DNA of 54,948 nt from a virus (IMGVR_UViG_3300033074_000450:64001-118948), one strand, 5' to 3'; positions 1 through 8,560 are shown, counted from the first letter of the stretch. Notes: a model not told the origin generated them from the sequence alone. Program-made: numbers and translations.

Positions 1-1
1 C

Positions 2-709
2 TTCGGTATGCCAATGGACATGTACCTTGGTACTGATGTTCACTCACGATTCAGCAGAGCTTTCTACGCTAAACAGCGTGTAATGTCTGGTTCTACAATC
101 AATGCTGGTCAAAAAGTTAAAGAATTTAACGGTTCTTTGGACTTCCGATTCAAGCCTAGCTTGTTCAACCGTCCTCGTAAAGCTCCTTTGGCTTCTACGA
201 TTTCAGCTCAAGCTGCTCCTACTGTAGCTAACTTGACTAGCCCTGCTGATGCTGCTTCTGAGTTTGCATCTGCTGACGCTGGTACTTACAGCTACCGAAT
301 CAGTGCAGTTTACTCTGACGGTGAGACTCTTGCCTCTTCACAAATTTCTGGAGCTGTTGCTGCTGGAGATAAAGTGATGATTGAGATTACTTACTCAGGT
401 GCTCCTCTGTACTTCAACGTATTCAGGGCTCCAGTAGGTACTACTTCAGGTCATGAGTTCATTGGTCGTATCGCTCCTGCTGGTTCAGGCGTTGCAGCTA
501 ATGTGGACTTCAACAAAATGCTCCCAGGTTCAGCTCGTGCTTACCTGTTGATGCATGACCCAGACGTATTGGTTTGGAAACAACTCGGTTCTATGATTAA
601 GTATGACCTTGCAGTTACAGACACTTCTTATAAGTGGCTCCAACTGTTGTACGGTACTCCACTTATCATGGCTCCTCGTAAAAACGTAATCTTGAAAAAT
701 CTTATCTAA
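2..709 (+). CDS. Major capsid protein, C-terminal part (5'-truncated by the window edge), SPO1/Twort-like
   Basis: Frame is open from base 2. C-terminus MIKYDLAVTDTSYKWLQLLYGTPLIMAPRKNVILKNL resembles the Herelleviridae MCP end; internal beta-rich insertion (TYSYRISAV...FNVFR); strong terminator follows. Confidence 0.8.
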   Translation, partial: FGMPMDMYLGTDVHSRFSRAFYAKQRVMSGSTINAGQKVKEFNGSLDFRFKPSLFNRPRKAPLASTISAQAAPTVANLTSPADAASEFASADAGTYSYRISAVYSDGETLASSQISGAVAAGDKVMIEITYSGAPLYFNVFRAPVGTTSGHEFIGRIAPAGSGVAANVDFNKMLPGSARAYLLMHDPDVLVWKQLGSMIKYDLAVTDTSYKWLQLLYGTPLIMAPRKNVILKNLI

Positions 710-737
710 TCAACCTCCGATTAGGTAATATCCTTGT

Positions 738-770
738 AAGGGTGTATAGTTCTGATACACCCTTTTTTTT
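738..770 (+). terminator. Rho-independent terminator after MCP
   Basis: AAGGGTGTAT / 7-nt loop / ATACACCCTT stem followed by a T run. Confidence 0.9.
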
Positions 771-915
771 GCCTAATGTATGTATAATTACAAATTGCAA
801 TATGTAATAATCTAGTAGATTCAACTACTTAAAATTTATTCATACATAAGCCTCCAAATCAACCAAAAAGATTATTCTAAACGTATAAAATCATATCTTA
901 TTGATACTACTCATG

Positions 916-971
916 TATTCCATATTCCGATTTGGAATATGGAATATACATAGTTTATAGTTGACTATGTA
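916..971. repeat. Two adjacent inverted repeats upstream of and overlapping a -35 box
   Basis: TATTCCATATTCC-gattt-GGAATATGGAATA (916-946, perfect 13 bp) and TACATAGT-9nt-ACTATGTA (947-971). Confidence 0.8.
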
Positions 972-989
972 CTATCGCTGATGTAATCT
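961..989 (+). promoter_or_regulatory. sigma70-type (early/middle) promoter for the RNA ligase operon
   Basis: TTGACT-17nt-TAATCT. Confidence 0.7.
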
Positions 990-1079
990 TTACTTACTAA
1001 AGGCATGGGTCCCTGCCTCCTGAAATATGGTGAGATAAGGTTCTCGTAAAAACGACCCCCATTTTCTAAAGGAGGACAA

Positions 1080-1934
1080 ATGGAGTTCAAGGCGTTTCCT
1101 AAAATCGAGCGTATTGGCAAGGTTAATATGGTCATCACTCAGAAGATTCACGGGACCAATGCTCAGGTCTTTATCTATCCAGACGAAACAGGAACGCTCC
1201 AGCTCATTTGTGGCTCTCGTACAAGGTGGATATATCCAGGTGATGATAATTATGGGTTTGCAGCTTACGTCCATGCCCACAAAGAAGAATTCATTGAAAA
1301 GCTTGGTCCAGGTCAACATTTCGGAGAATGGGCTGGTTTAGGAATCAATTCGGGAGAAGGCTTAGATAAGAAGGTCTTCGTTCTTTTTGACTTCTGGAAA
1401 TATCCTCCAGAGCGTCCACTTCCTCCAGGAGTCACTACGGTTCCTGTCCTTTATCAAGGTCCAATGGATTTAGCCAAGATTGATGAAGTGATGACAGAAC
1501 TTAAGACCAATGGCTCTAAGTTGGCTCCAGGCTTCATGCGTCCAGAAGGAGTAGTCATTACTGCTATGGGAACCCGTTTTAAGAAGGTTTTCGATGCAGA
1601 AGAAACAGCTTGGAAGAAAGGTGACGAGAAGTACGCAGCTCAGAAAGAAGCGGAGCGTCAAGCCAATTATGTGGATTATTCTCATCTTTGTCAACCCATC
1701 AGGCTTGAAAAACTTCTCTCTAGAGATGAATCTTACTTTAAAGAGTATCCAAAATCACTGAACAGACTGGTAAACGATTACTGGGATGACCTCGAAGCAG
1801 AGGGTCAAGTGACTGGTTCCGTAGGAGAAATCCTTGGAATGAAAAAGGGAGCAGCTTCTCAAATTTATAAGTTTGTCAGAACATTCGTTGACAACAGCGA
1901 ATATATGGCAATGAAAACAGCAGAGGCAACATGA
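1080..1934 (+). CDS. RNA ligase, Rnl2 family
   Basis: Motif I QKIHGTN (T4 Rnl2-like KIHGTN), FGEWAG, VLFDF, EGVVI; SD GGAGG. Confidence 0.8.
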   Translation: MEFKAFPKIERIGKVNMVITQKIHGTNAQVFIYPDETGTLQLICGSRTRWIYPGDDNYGFAAYVHAHKEEFIEKLGPGQHFGEWAGLGINSGEGLDKKVFVLFDFWKYPPERPLPPGVTTVPVLYQGPMDLAKIDEVMTELKTNGSKLAPGFMRPEGVVITAMGTRFKKVFDAEETAWKKGDEKYAAQKEAERQANYVDYSHLCQPIRLEKLLSRDESYFKEYPKSLNRLVNDYWDDLEAEGQVTGSVGEILGMKKGAASQIYKFVRTFVDNSEYMAMKTAEAT

Positions 1935-2437
1935 AGAAGAAAATCCTGTTCATAGACATGGATGACACCATTGCTGACTTTGGAGGCCACTCTAAGTTCA
2001 GAGCTATTAAGCGTGTCAACGAAGTTCACATGTATGAACCAGGATTCTTCAGAGAATTAGAGCCCGTTAAGGGAGCTTTAGTGGCGGTTCGAGAACTGAT
2101 TAAGATGGGCTTCGATGTCCAGATTTTAACTCAACCAGTAGCTACGAGCCCACACAGCTATTCTGAAAAGGTCCAATGGATTGGAATGTGGTTTCCTGAA
2201 CTCATCAATAAAGTGAATATGGTTCAGGATAAAGGTATTGCAAAAGGCCACTATTTGGTAGATGATAATGCTATTAAGTGGAAGGATAAGTTTGAAGCCA
2301 ACGGAGGCAGGTTTATCCATTTCATTTACAACTTTCATGAAACCAAGACCCAACTCAGCAACGAAGAGATGTGGGAGCGTATAGTGAATTTTTTTGCAGA
2401 CGAATCCCCAACTTATGAGGACGGGGAGAATGAATGA
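1931..2437 (+). CDS. HAD-family 5'(3')-deoxyribonucleotidase (NT5C-like)
   Basis: FIDMDDTIADF, FFRELEPVKGA, EKVQWI, YLVDD motifs; ATGA coupling. Confidence 0.8.
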   Translation: MKKKILFIDMDDTIADFGGHSKFRAIKRVNEVHMYEPGFFRELEPVKGALVAVRELIKMGFDVQILTQPVATSPHSYSEKVQWIGMWFPELINKVNMVQDKGIAKGHYLVDDNAIKWKDKFEANGGRFIHFIYNFHETKTQLSNEEMWERIVNFFADESPTYEDGENE

Positions 2438-2627
2438 TAGTAGGTATTATAAAAACGGTGAGTGGTACGATAGCAAAGAAGAGTACGAAAAACGAGAAAG
2501 GGAACGAATCCGTAGGGAGAACTTTCCAGAAGTAGACCCTTATTGTGATTGCGGAGCCAAGTTTGACAGAGACTTCCCTAACGTACACTCAGAATGGTGC
2601 AGGACAGGAAAAGGAAAACGACGATGA
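2430..2627 (+). CDS. Small hypothetical protein with CxC..H..C motif
   Basis: Start moved to ATG 2430 after GGGGAG; stop overlaps the next start. Confidence 0.55.
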   Translation: MNDSRYYKNGEWYDSKEEYEKRERERIRRENFPEVDPYCDCGAKFDRDFPNVHSEWCRTGKGKRR

Positions 2628-3076
2628 TTAAACTGAAACCAGTAAGAGAGATGGCAGAAATTCAATATGTCCAAGACATTATTGAGAAGCATCACTCAAA
2701 TCCAAAAGGGCTTTGGACGGTAGAGGATGAGCCTCACAGACCCCAATTAAACCAATTTTTCATTGTTAATGATTTTTCTGGAGAAGAAAAAGTCATTGGC
2801 ATCACATCCTATCAAAGATTCTCGAACACGCTTGCTGTACTCCAAAAGCACATCATTCTCCCAGAATATAGAGGTTTGGGATACGGCTCTATCACCATTG
2901 AGTTGGTTGAGCAGGACGCTTATCTAAAAGGAATTATGAAAGTAGCTGCTTATGTTCTAGAAGAGAACAGGAGCATGATTAGAGCCATGAACGATAACAA
3001 TTATAAAGTAGAAGGCTACCTCCGTGACCACTTTGCTCCAGGTCTAGGATGCTATGTCTTCGGGAAGGTTTTATGA
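2624..3076 (+). CDS. GNAT-family acetyltransferase
   Basis: ILPEYRGLGYGS acetyl-CoA motif A; N..MIRAM...NYKVEG motif B; start reassigned to ATG 2624. Confidence 0.8.
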   Translation: MIKLKPVREMAEIQYVQDIIEKHHSNPKGLWTVEDEPHRPQLNQFFIVNDFSGEEKVIGITSYQRFSNTLAVLQKHIILPEYRGLGYGSITIELVEQDAYLKGIMKVAAYVLEENRSMIRAMNDNNYKVEGYLRDHFAPGLGCYVFGKVL

Positions 3077-3732
3077 GCAAACTGAGACCCTACATCTCCA
3101 TCGACCTCGAAACCACTGGGTTGGATGTTGAGAAGGTACAGATTTTACAAATAGGTTGGGTAATTGATGACGGAGTTTCTCCTATTGAGTCCCTCGAAAA
3201 GGGAAGTATTCTGATTCAAAATAATCAGATTAGCTACGGAGAAAATTACGCTATTGGAATGAACGCTTGGATTTTTCAAGAACTTATGAAGAAACCAGCA
3301 GAAAGAAAATATCCAACTAAGGCTCCACAAGCTGGTATCGAGATGTTAATGAATGCCATTGATAAAGCTGCCAAACTCGCACACGCATTTGATGTGGCTC
3401 AGGGCTTAAAGCGTCCAAATCAAAGAGTTCAAATAGCTGGTAAAAATCCAGCAAACTACGACTGGCCTATTGTCCTGAACAATCTTAAGAATATCACTGT
3501 AAGTGATTCCATCATGGAGCACGAATGCAACATGTCCTCTCTCAAGAGAATTGATAAAGTGGACCATAGGTTCATTGATGTTGGAGCGGTTTATTTTGAT
3601 ACATTTGGTAAAAACCCAAGTTTTAATGATATCAATGCTTTAGTAGGTAATACAGAAATCACACATGACGCTCTTGACGATGCTCTGGATGTTGTGATAG
3701 CTTTAAGATATAAATTAGGAATTAAGGAGTAA
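3073..3732 (+). CDS. DEDDh 3'-5' exonuclease
   Basis: SIDLETTG (ExoI), NYDWPI (ExoII), HDALDDA (ExoIII); start at ATGA overlap 3073. Confidence 0.85.
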   Translation: MSKLRPYISIDLETTGLDVEKVQILQIGWVIDDGVSPIESLEKGSILIQNNQISYGENYAIGMNAWIFQELMKKPAERKYPTKAPQAGIEMLMNAIDKAAKLAHAFDVAQGLKRPNQRVQIAGKNPANYDWPIVLNNLKNITVSDSIMEHECNMSSLKRIDKVDHRFIDVGAVYFDTFGKNPSFNDINALVGNTEITHDALDDALDVVIALRYKLGIKE

Positions 3733-3735
3733 ACT

Positions 3736-4095
3736 ATGTCTAGAGAATTAACACTAGAAAAAGAAAAAACAAAACTTGAGAAAAAATTGGAAAAGGAGCG
3801 AGGTAAGTCTGCTGCTCGTGAGTACATTGCTGAATTGGAGAGTATGTCTAAAGAGCAGCTCGAAGATAAGCTTCTTGAGTACTCTAAAACAGCACAAGGT
3901 CTTATCAATACCAAAAATGCTGATGAGGAACTTCAGTCGTTGAAAGACCGAAAAGCGGCTCTAGAGCGAGACCATAACACTGGTATTCGTCGAAACAAAG
4001 AGCATCAGCGTCTAGTATCCTTAATCATCTCTGAAAAATTTGGGGATGAACTTATGGATATTAGAAAAGGTGCAGACGCAGATAACGAAGAATAA
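3736..4095 (+). CDS. Hypothetical coiled-coil protein
   Basis: In operon, SD AAGGAG, charged helical sequence. Confidence 0.6.
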   Translation: MSRELTLEKEKTKLEKKLEKERGKSAAREYIAELESMSKEQLEDKLLEYSKTAQGLINTKNADEELQSLKDRKAALERDHNTGIRRNKEHQRLVSLIISEKFGDELMDIRKGADADNEE

Positions 4096-4123
4096 TTAAC
4101 AAAGCCATCAAAGGAGTTACAAA

Positions 4124-5068
4124 GTGGCAGATTTTACAAGCTTTAATCAAAGCAACGACACATATATTGCAAACATGAACCGTAAGGAAATGCCCAAGCT
4201 TCCTTCTGGAGCATATAAGCTGGACTTCAATCAGCAGACTGGGGAACTTTATTTTAAAAAGTTTCAAGTCAACTATGATGCTTTGATTGACCTTCCGTCT
4301 CCTGAGTACGATGAAGTGATGAAAGAAGTTAACATCTTCTTGAATCCATCCACTCGAAAAGCGTTCGACGATTACGGTTATCTTTACAAGAGAAGCTTCT
4401 TATTGTGGGGTCCTCCTGGAACTGGTAAAACCTGCATCGTTAATCGAGTAGGAGAGAAAGTTCAAGAAAAGGATGGTATTATCATCTTCAATCCACATCC
4501 TAAGCTTCTCATGATGGCCTTCAAAATCTTGGATGACGTTCAACCAAACATCACTACTATGGTGATTTTTGAAGAGTTTGAGCAGCTTCTAGGTCAATTT
4601 ACTGAAGACATGCTTAGTCTTTTGGATGGAGAGATTCAAAAGGATAATGTTATGTACTTGGCTACAACCAATCACTTTGAGCAAATTCCAGCTCGTTTGA
4701 AGCGTCCTGGTCGTTTTGCTACGGTATTGGAAGTCAAGTATCCAAATGAAGCTGCAAGAGCTGTTTATCTTCAACAGAAATTGAAGGCTTCTGATGCGGC
4801 TGAAATCCCTGAGTGGGTAAAGCGTACAGAAGGTCTTTCTATTGATGAATTGAAAGAAACAGTTCTTTCAGTTAAGTGTCTTGGTAAGTCTCTTACTGAA
4901 ATAGTTTCTAGAATTAAATCAACCAAAAAAGAAGCCTCTGATGCAGACAATGGAGAAGGTACTTGGGATAACGACGATTATGATGATGGTTCCCTAGAGT
5001 ATGCTCTTCAAGAGATGCAAAAGAGAGCAGGAATGCTGCCTCAGAAGGCTAAAAAAGGAAGACGATAA
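4124..5068 (+). CDS. AAA+ ATPase
   Basis: Walker A GPPGTGKT, Walker B VIFEE, second region of homology LATTNH...RPGRF; GTG start with SD. Confidence 0.9.
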   Translation: MADFTSFNQSNDTYIANMNRKEMPKLPSGAYKLDFNQQTGELYFKKFQVNYDALIDLPSPEYDEVMKEVNIFLNPSTRKAFDDYGYLYKRSFLLWGPPGTGKTCIVNRVGEKVQEKDGIIIFNPHPKLLMMAFKILDDVQPNITTMVIFEEFEQLLGQFTEDMLSLLDGEIQKDNVMYLATTNHFEQIPARLKRPGRFATVLEVKYPNEAARAVYLQQKLKASDAAEIPEWVKRTEGLSIDELKETVLSVKCLGKSLTEIVSRIKSTKKEASDADNGEGTWDNDDYDDGSLEYALQEMQKRAGMLPQKAKKGRR

Positions 5069-5328
5069 TGAGTGGAACCAACCTAGCCACTTTACCTTTT
5101 ATAGGTCCTAAAGATAAGGACGGGGATGATGGAGGAGAACCAAATCCCGTCCAAATCATTATTGATGTGGCAGTCAATGGTTATATCGTTAATATTAGTG
5201 GAACTGAGAACGATGAGGGTCCAAAAGTCTATCTCTTTAATGGTAGGGGAGATGATGGACCTCAAGCCATGATGCAAGATATCATCAATAATCTTGGTCT
5301 AGTAGACAAGGTAAAGTTACAAAAATGA
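5068..5328 (+). CDS. Hypothetical protein
   Basis: TAATG coupling to the AAA gene. Confidence 0.55.
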   Translation: MSGTNLATLPFIGPKDKDGDDGGEPNPVQIIIDVAVNGYIVNISGTENDEGPKVYLFNGRGDDGPQAMMQDIINNLGLVDKVKLQK

Positions 5329-5777
5329 TTTTATCCGTATTGAAAGACACGCATCCAAAGCTTAAAAAGGTAGCGGCTCCAGCAGACCCTACCAAAGCTC
5401 ATCATAAAACTCTAGCCAGACGTTTGGTAGAGACTATGAAGGCTCACGAAGCTTTGGGTATTGCAGCTAATCAAGTGTTTCCAGGTGAGCTGGTAAGAAT
5501 CATTGCAGTCAATACCAGCGTCTATAAGGGAGCAATGTTTAATCCCGAAATAATTCAAAAAAGCGAATTAGGTACTATCCTAAAAGAAGGCTGTTTATCA
5601 ACCAAAGAACGAGTAGAAATGAACAGACCTTTTCGAGTCACTGTCAAATTCTTTGACATCTCAAATCGAGAACAAACCATCGAATTTATGGACGTAGATT
5701 CCCATGTGGTTCAACATGAGATTGACCACTTGAACGGAATTGTAATTTCAGACTTTATTATTGACAAAAAGAAGTAA
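5325..5777 (+). CDS. def: Peptide deformylase
   Basis: All three PDF motifs: LGIAANQ, EGCLS, QHEIDHLNG. Confidence 0.95.
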   Translation: MILSVLKDTHPKLKKVAAPADPTKAHHKTLARRLVETMKAHEALGIAANQVFPGELVRIIAVNTSVYKGAMFNPEIIQKSELGTILKEGCLSTKERVEMNRPFRVTVKFFDISNREQTIEFMDVDSHVVQHEIDHLNGIVISDFIIDKKK

Positions 5778-5789
5778 CTCCTCTAACAT
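5761..5789 (+). promoter_or_regulatory. sigma70-type promoter
   Basis: TTGACA-17nt-TAACAT, followed by SD AAGGAG and ATG 5809. Confidence 0.7.
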
Positions 5790-5808
5790 ATAGTTAAAGG
5801 AGTGTGTT

Positions 5809-6054
5809 ATGCAAGTTATAAACTTAATAGACCACATCTCAGCTCTAGAGGACCAGAAATGGGACCTCATCCTAAAGGGAGCTGAAGTAAAGCCAGAACT
5901 TCAAAAACAAATTGAAATCATTGATTTGAAATTAGAGAAGCTATATCGCTGGTATTCTACTGCTTTTAGCAATGGATTACTAAATAGGTATGCAACAACC
6001 CCATTCGGTCCAGCAATACCTAAGCCAGTTGATAGACGCAAGAAAATCATTTAA
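5809..6054 (+). CDS. Hypothetical protein
   Basis: SD AAGGAG, first gene after the promoter. Confidence 0.6.
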   Translation: MQVINLIDHISALEDQKWDLILKGAEVKPELQKQIEIIDLKLEKLYRWYSTAFSNGLLNRYATTPFGPAIPKPVDRRKKII

Positions 6055-6078
6055 CTCTATTTTCAAAATTGAGGGAAT

Positions 6079-6432
6079 ATGGGCAAAAGCCGTAATTACG
6101 ACAAAGAGGCAGAACTTATTGATAGGCTTAAACATGAAAATGCCAAACTTAAGAGGGAGTTGGCAAAAATTAGGAGACAGATGGATAGGCTAAACTTGGA
6201 CCATGACAGATATAGAACTCTTCGAGAGCTTGTACATAAGCAGACTCAGGAAGAACGTCAGTCCAAAAAGGCCAAGGATAAATGGATTTGCTACGAATGT
6301 GGCAAGGGGACAATGAAGCTCCAACTGTTTCCTAGAAGAGATGGTAATTTTTATTTCAGGAAGTGTTCTTTGGAGGAATGCGGTCATAGAACCGAACTCA
6401 AGAAGCACACTCCAGATGTAGAGGAGTCGTGA
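6079..6432 (+). CDS. Coiled-coil plus zinc-ribbon protein
   Basis: N-terminal heptads; CYEC...CSLEEC. Confidence 0.6.
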   Translation: MGKSRNYDKEAELIDRLKHENAKLKRELAKIRRQMDRLNLDHDRYRTLRELVHKQTQEERQSKKAKDKWICYECGKGTMKLQLFPRRDGNFYFRKCSLEECGHRTELKKHTPDVEES

Positions 6433-7280
6433 TGGAAAAAATGTTGTTTGCAATCATTGGATTCATATTTGTTTCTGCTGGAGTCGTGCATGGAACAGCT
6501 AGACAAGAGGAAGCCAAAAAACCAAAACGTGTAGAAGAGACTAGGGTAAAAATAGCAGTCATTGATACTGGAATTAACGTATCTCCTAAACTAAAACCCT
6601 TCCTCTGCACCTCTGGACACATCTCTTTGGTTGATGACTTTCCTCTTAGAGATTCAAATGTTCAGATGCATGGAACCAATATCGTAGGTTTGATTTCTGA
6701 AAACTTGGACCCTAAGCGTGAATGTATTCTCATTATAAAATTCTATAAAGATGGCCTTCACGAAGACTTCTTTAAGAAAGTTAGAACTGCTGTAGATTAT
6801 GCTGTTTTTAGACAAGTCAAATTCATAAATATGAGTTTGGGTGGAGAAGGTGTTTCTGACTTAGAAAAGCTTGCTATAAGTAACGCTATTGATAAAAAAA
6901 TACGAATTGCGGTAGCCGCTGGAAACGGACTTTTCAAACCCATAAAAGATAAAGATGGTAAATTTGTTCGCTTAGATGGCACTAGGGATAAGGTTGATAG
7001 ATGGCCTCGTAAATATTATGCTGCATGGATAGGTCAGGATTTAGACAAAAACTGTTATTACTTTCCAGCTTGTTATCAATTTCCAAGTGAGTACTTCCGA
7101 GTCGTTGGCTCTAATACTGGATATGAGAATGACTTTGGAGGAGAAAATAGATATAGCAATTACGGTAAAAAAGTGACTCACTGGGAGAATGGGACAAACG
7201 TAGGTACTCCTAAAATGAAGGGGACATCTCAAGCCACAGCTATCAATCTGGGTAAGTGGGTTAGAGAGATTTATAAGTGA
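6429..7280 (+). CDS. Secreted subtilisin-like S8 serine protease
   Basis: Hydrophobic N-terminal signal; IAVIDTG (Asp), HGTNIVG (His), AVAAGN (oxyanion Asn), GTSQAT (Ser). Confidence 0.9.
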   Translation: MMEKMLFAIIGFIFVSAGVVHGTARQEEAKKPKRVEETRVKIAVIDTGINVSPKLKPFLCTSGHISLVDDFPLRDSNVQMHGTNIVGLISENLDPKRECILIIKFYKDGLHEDFFKKVRTAVDYAVFRQVKFINMSLGGEGVSDLEKLAISNAIDKKIRIAVAAGNGLFKPIKDKDGKFVRLDGTRDKVDRWPRKYYAAWIGQDLDKNCYYFPACYQFPSEYFRVVGSNTGYENDFGGENRYSNYGKKVTHWENGTNVGTPKMKGTSQATAINLGKWVREIYK

Positions 7281-7675
7281 AATACTTGGTCTTCCTTTCT
7301 ATTCTATGCCCTGCCTTGGTTAGGGCTCAACTATTGGAACCAAAAGCGGTCCAAGTAAGAGACGTAAGACCATACTCTAGTGACGAAATGTTTGATATCA
7401 CAACGAAGGCTTTACTTCAAGAAGAAAGTGTTAAATCACTCCTGAAGAACTCAGAACAAGTAGTATGGAGGCAGCTCAATTATGTGGGACTGAATGAACA
7501 TATTGTACGTCCCATTGCTACAGTAGCAGCTCCTCTGATAGCTGGAAAAGTATCTACTAAAGGTCTTCATTTTAAATGGGAACCTGAAAAGGGTTTCAGA
7601 ATTAGACCAGATGTAGACTATTACCTAGATTCTGGACAGTATGCTTATAACTTAAACTTAAACTGGGAGTTTTAA
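7277..7675 (+). CDS. Exported protein with a C-terminal beta-signal-like end
   Basis: Signal peptide ending VRA; C-terminus YAYNLNLNWEF. Confidence 0.6.
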   Translation: MKYLVFLSILCPALVRAQLLEPKAVQVRDVRPYSSDEMFDITTKALLQEESVKSLLKNSEQVVWRQLNYVGLNEHIVRPIATVAAPLIAGKVSTKGLHFKWEPEKGFRIRPDVDYYLDSGQYAYNLNLNWEF

Positions 7676-7676
7676 A

Positions 7677-7958
7677 ATGAAATGGATTATTCTTATTATG
7701 GTACTTTTCTCTTCGATTGTCAAGGCCGAGGAAACAGCTTTTGTTTGTACTTATGGCAAAAGCGGAGAGGTAATCTCGTCAGAAGACTTTCAAAAGGGAC
7801 AAACATCCTTTACGAAATCATACGCTTACGAGGACAATTTTACAGTAAAAGTTACAATTTTTGACTTAACAAAAAGGAATTCTTCTGGTAGAGTGGTAGA
7901 AGTAGTAGATGGGAAATCCAAGGAATTTCCTGCTGAATGCATTATTGGACTTAAATAG
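7677..7958 (+). CDS. Small exported protein
   Basis: Signal peptide MKWIILIMVLFSSIVKA; two Cys in the mature part. Confidence 0.65.
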   Translation: MKWIILIMVLFSSIVKAEETAFVCTYGKSGEVISSEDFQKGQTSFTKSYAYEDNFTVKVTIFDLTKRNSSGRVVEVVDGKSKEFPAECIIGLK

Positions 7959-7968
7959 GAGGACGTAT

Positions 7969-8262
7969 ATGACTAAGTTAGAAGACCTTAAATTGGTTCT
8001 AGAAGCCATCAAAGCCACAAGAGCTAGATGGATTAAATCTTTAGAGTCTCGAATTTCAGAGATTCTAACTGATGACCCAAAGAAGAACTATAATCAAGCA
8101 TTTTCTCAGGCCATCTCCCATAAAGAAGTAAACGAGGAATTTCAGAACCTAATAACTCTCTATGGAGTGATTGGGTCAGATGCAGCGGCTTATTCCCAAG
8201 CCTTGAGCCAAGATGTGGGTCAGAATGCTCAAGTTATTAGACTACCTAAGAAGGCAGCGTGA
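7969..8262 (+). CDS. Hypothetical protein
   Basis: Start reassigned to ATG 7969 after AGGAGG. Confidence 0.6.
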   Translation: MTKLEDLKLVLEAIKATRARWIKSLESRISEILTDDPKKNYNQAFSQAISHKEVNEEFQNLITLYGVIGSDAAAYSQALSQDVGQNAQVIRLPKKAA

Positions 8263-8429
8263 AGAAGAAAAAGCAAGTCGAACCAGAACCATTTGAATTT
8301 AGAGAGGACCATGAATTGGAAGCCATCTCTCTTGAAGAATTGGAAGCTGCAAGACTGCTTGATTTAGAGGAGGAAGAGGATATGGAGGATTTTTACCTTC
8401 CTCCAGGAAAATCTCTTAAGTTTGAATGA
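8259..8429 (+). CDS. Small acidic protein, 56 aa (not in the ORF track)
   Basis: GTGA overlap with the upstream stop; MKKKKQVEPEPFEF...EEEEDMEDFYLPPGKSLKFE. Confidence 0.55.
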   Translation: MKKKKQVEPEPFEFREDHELEAISLEELEAARLLDLEEEEDMEDFYLPPGKSLKFE

Positions 8430-8560
8430 AACAATTTTATTGGTTTATGTTTGTAATTTTTACACTAATTAGCGTTTATAGCTTCCTGGTTCTATTTGCT
8501 CCAGAAGCTACTCCTTTGTTTGAAGGGTCCCCTAACATAGAAGTAATCGAAGATTATTGA
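8426..8560 (+). CDS. Small single-TM membrane protein, 44 aa (not in the ORF track)
   Basis: ATGA overlap; MKQFYWFMFVIFTLISVYSFLVLFAPEATPLFEGSPNIEVIEDY; ends before the terminator. Confidence 0.55.
   Translation: MKQFYWFMFVIFTLISVYSFLVLFAPEATPLFEGSPNIEVIEDY

Noticed and set aside
777-788. TATAAT after the MCP terminator as a late promoter
   Set aside because: TG is directly adjacent (not TGn) and no credible ORF follows before the next promoter.
825-855. Minus-strand GGAGG followed by ATG in the intergenic region
   Set aside because: Both ATGs give only 3-4 codon ORFs.
1007-1061. tRNA gene (GGGTC...GACCC-CCA with GGTTC)
   Set aside because: Only 55 nt, with no D-arm or anticodon-arm geometry and no canonical T-loop; kept only as a speculative leader structure.
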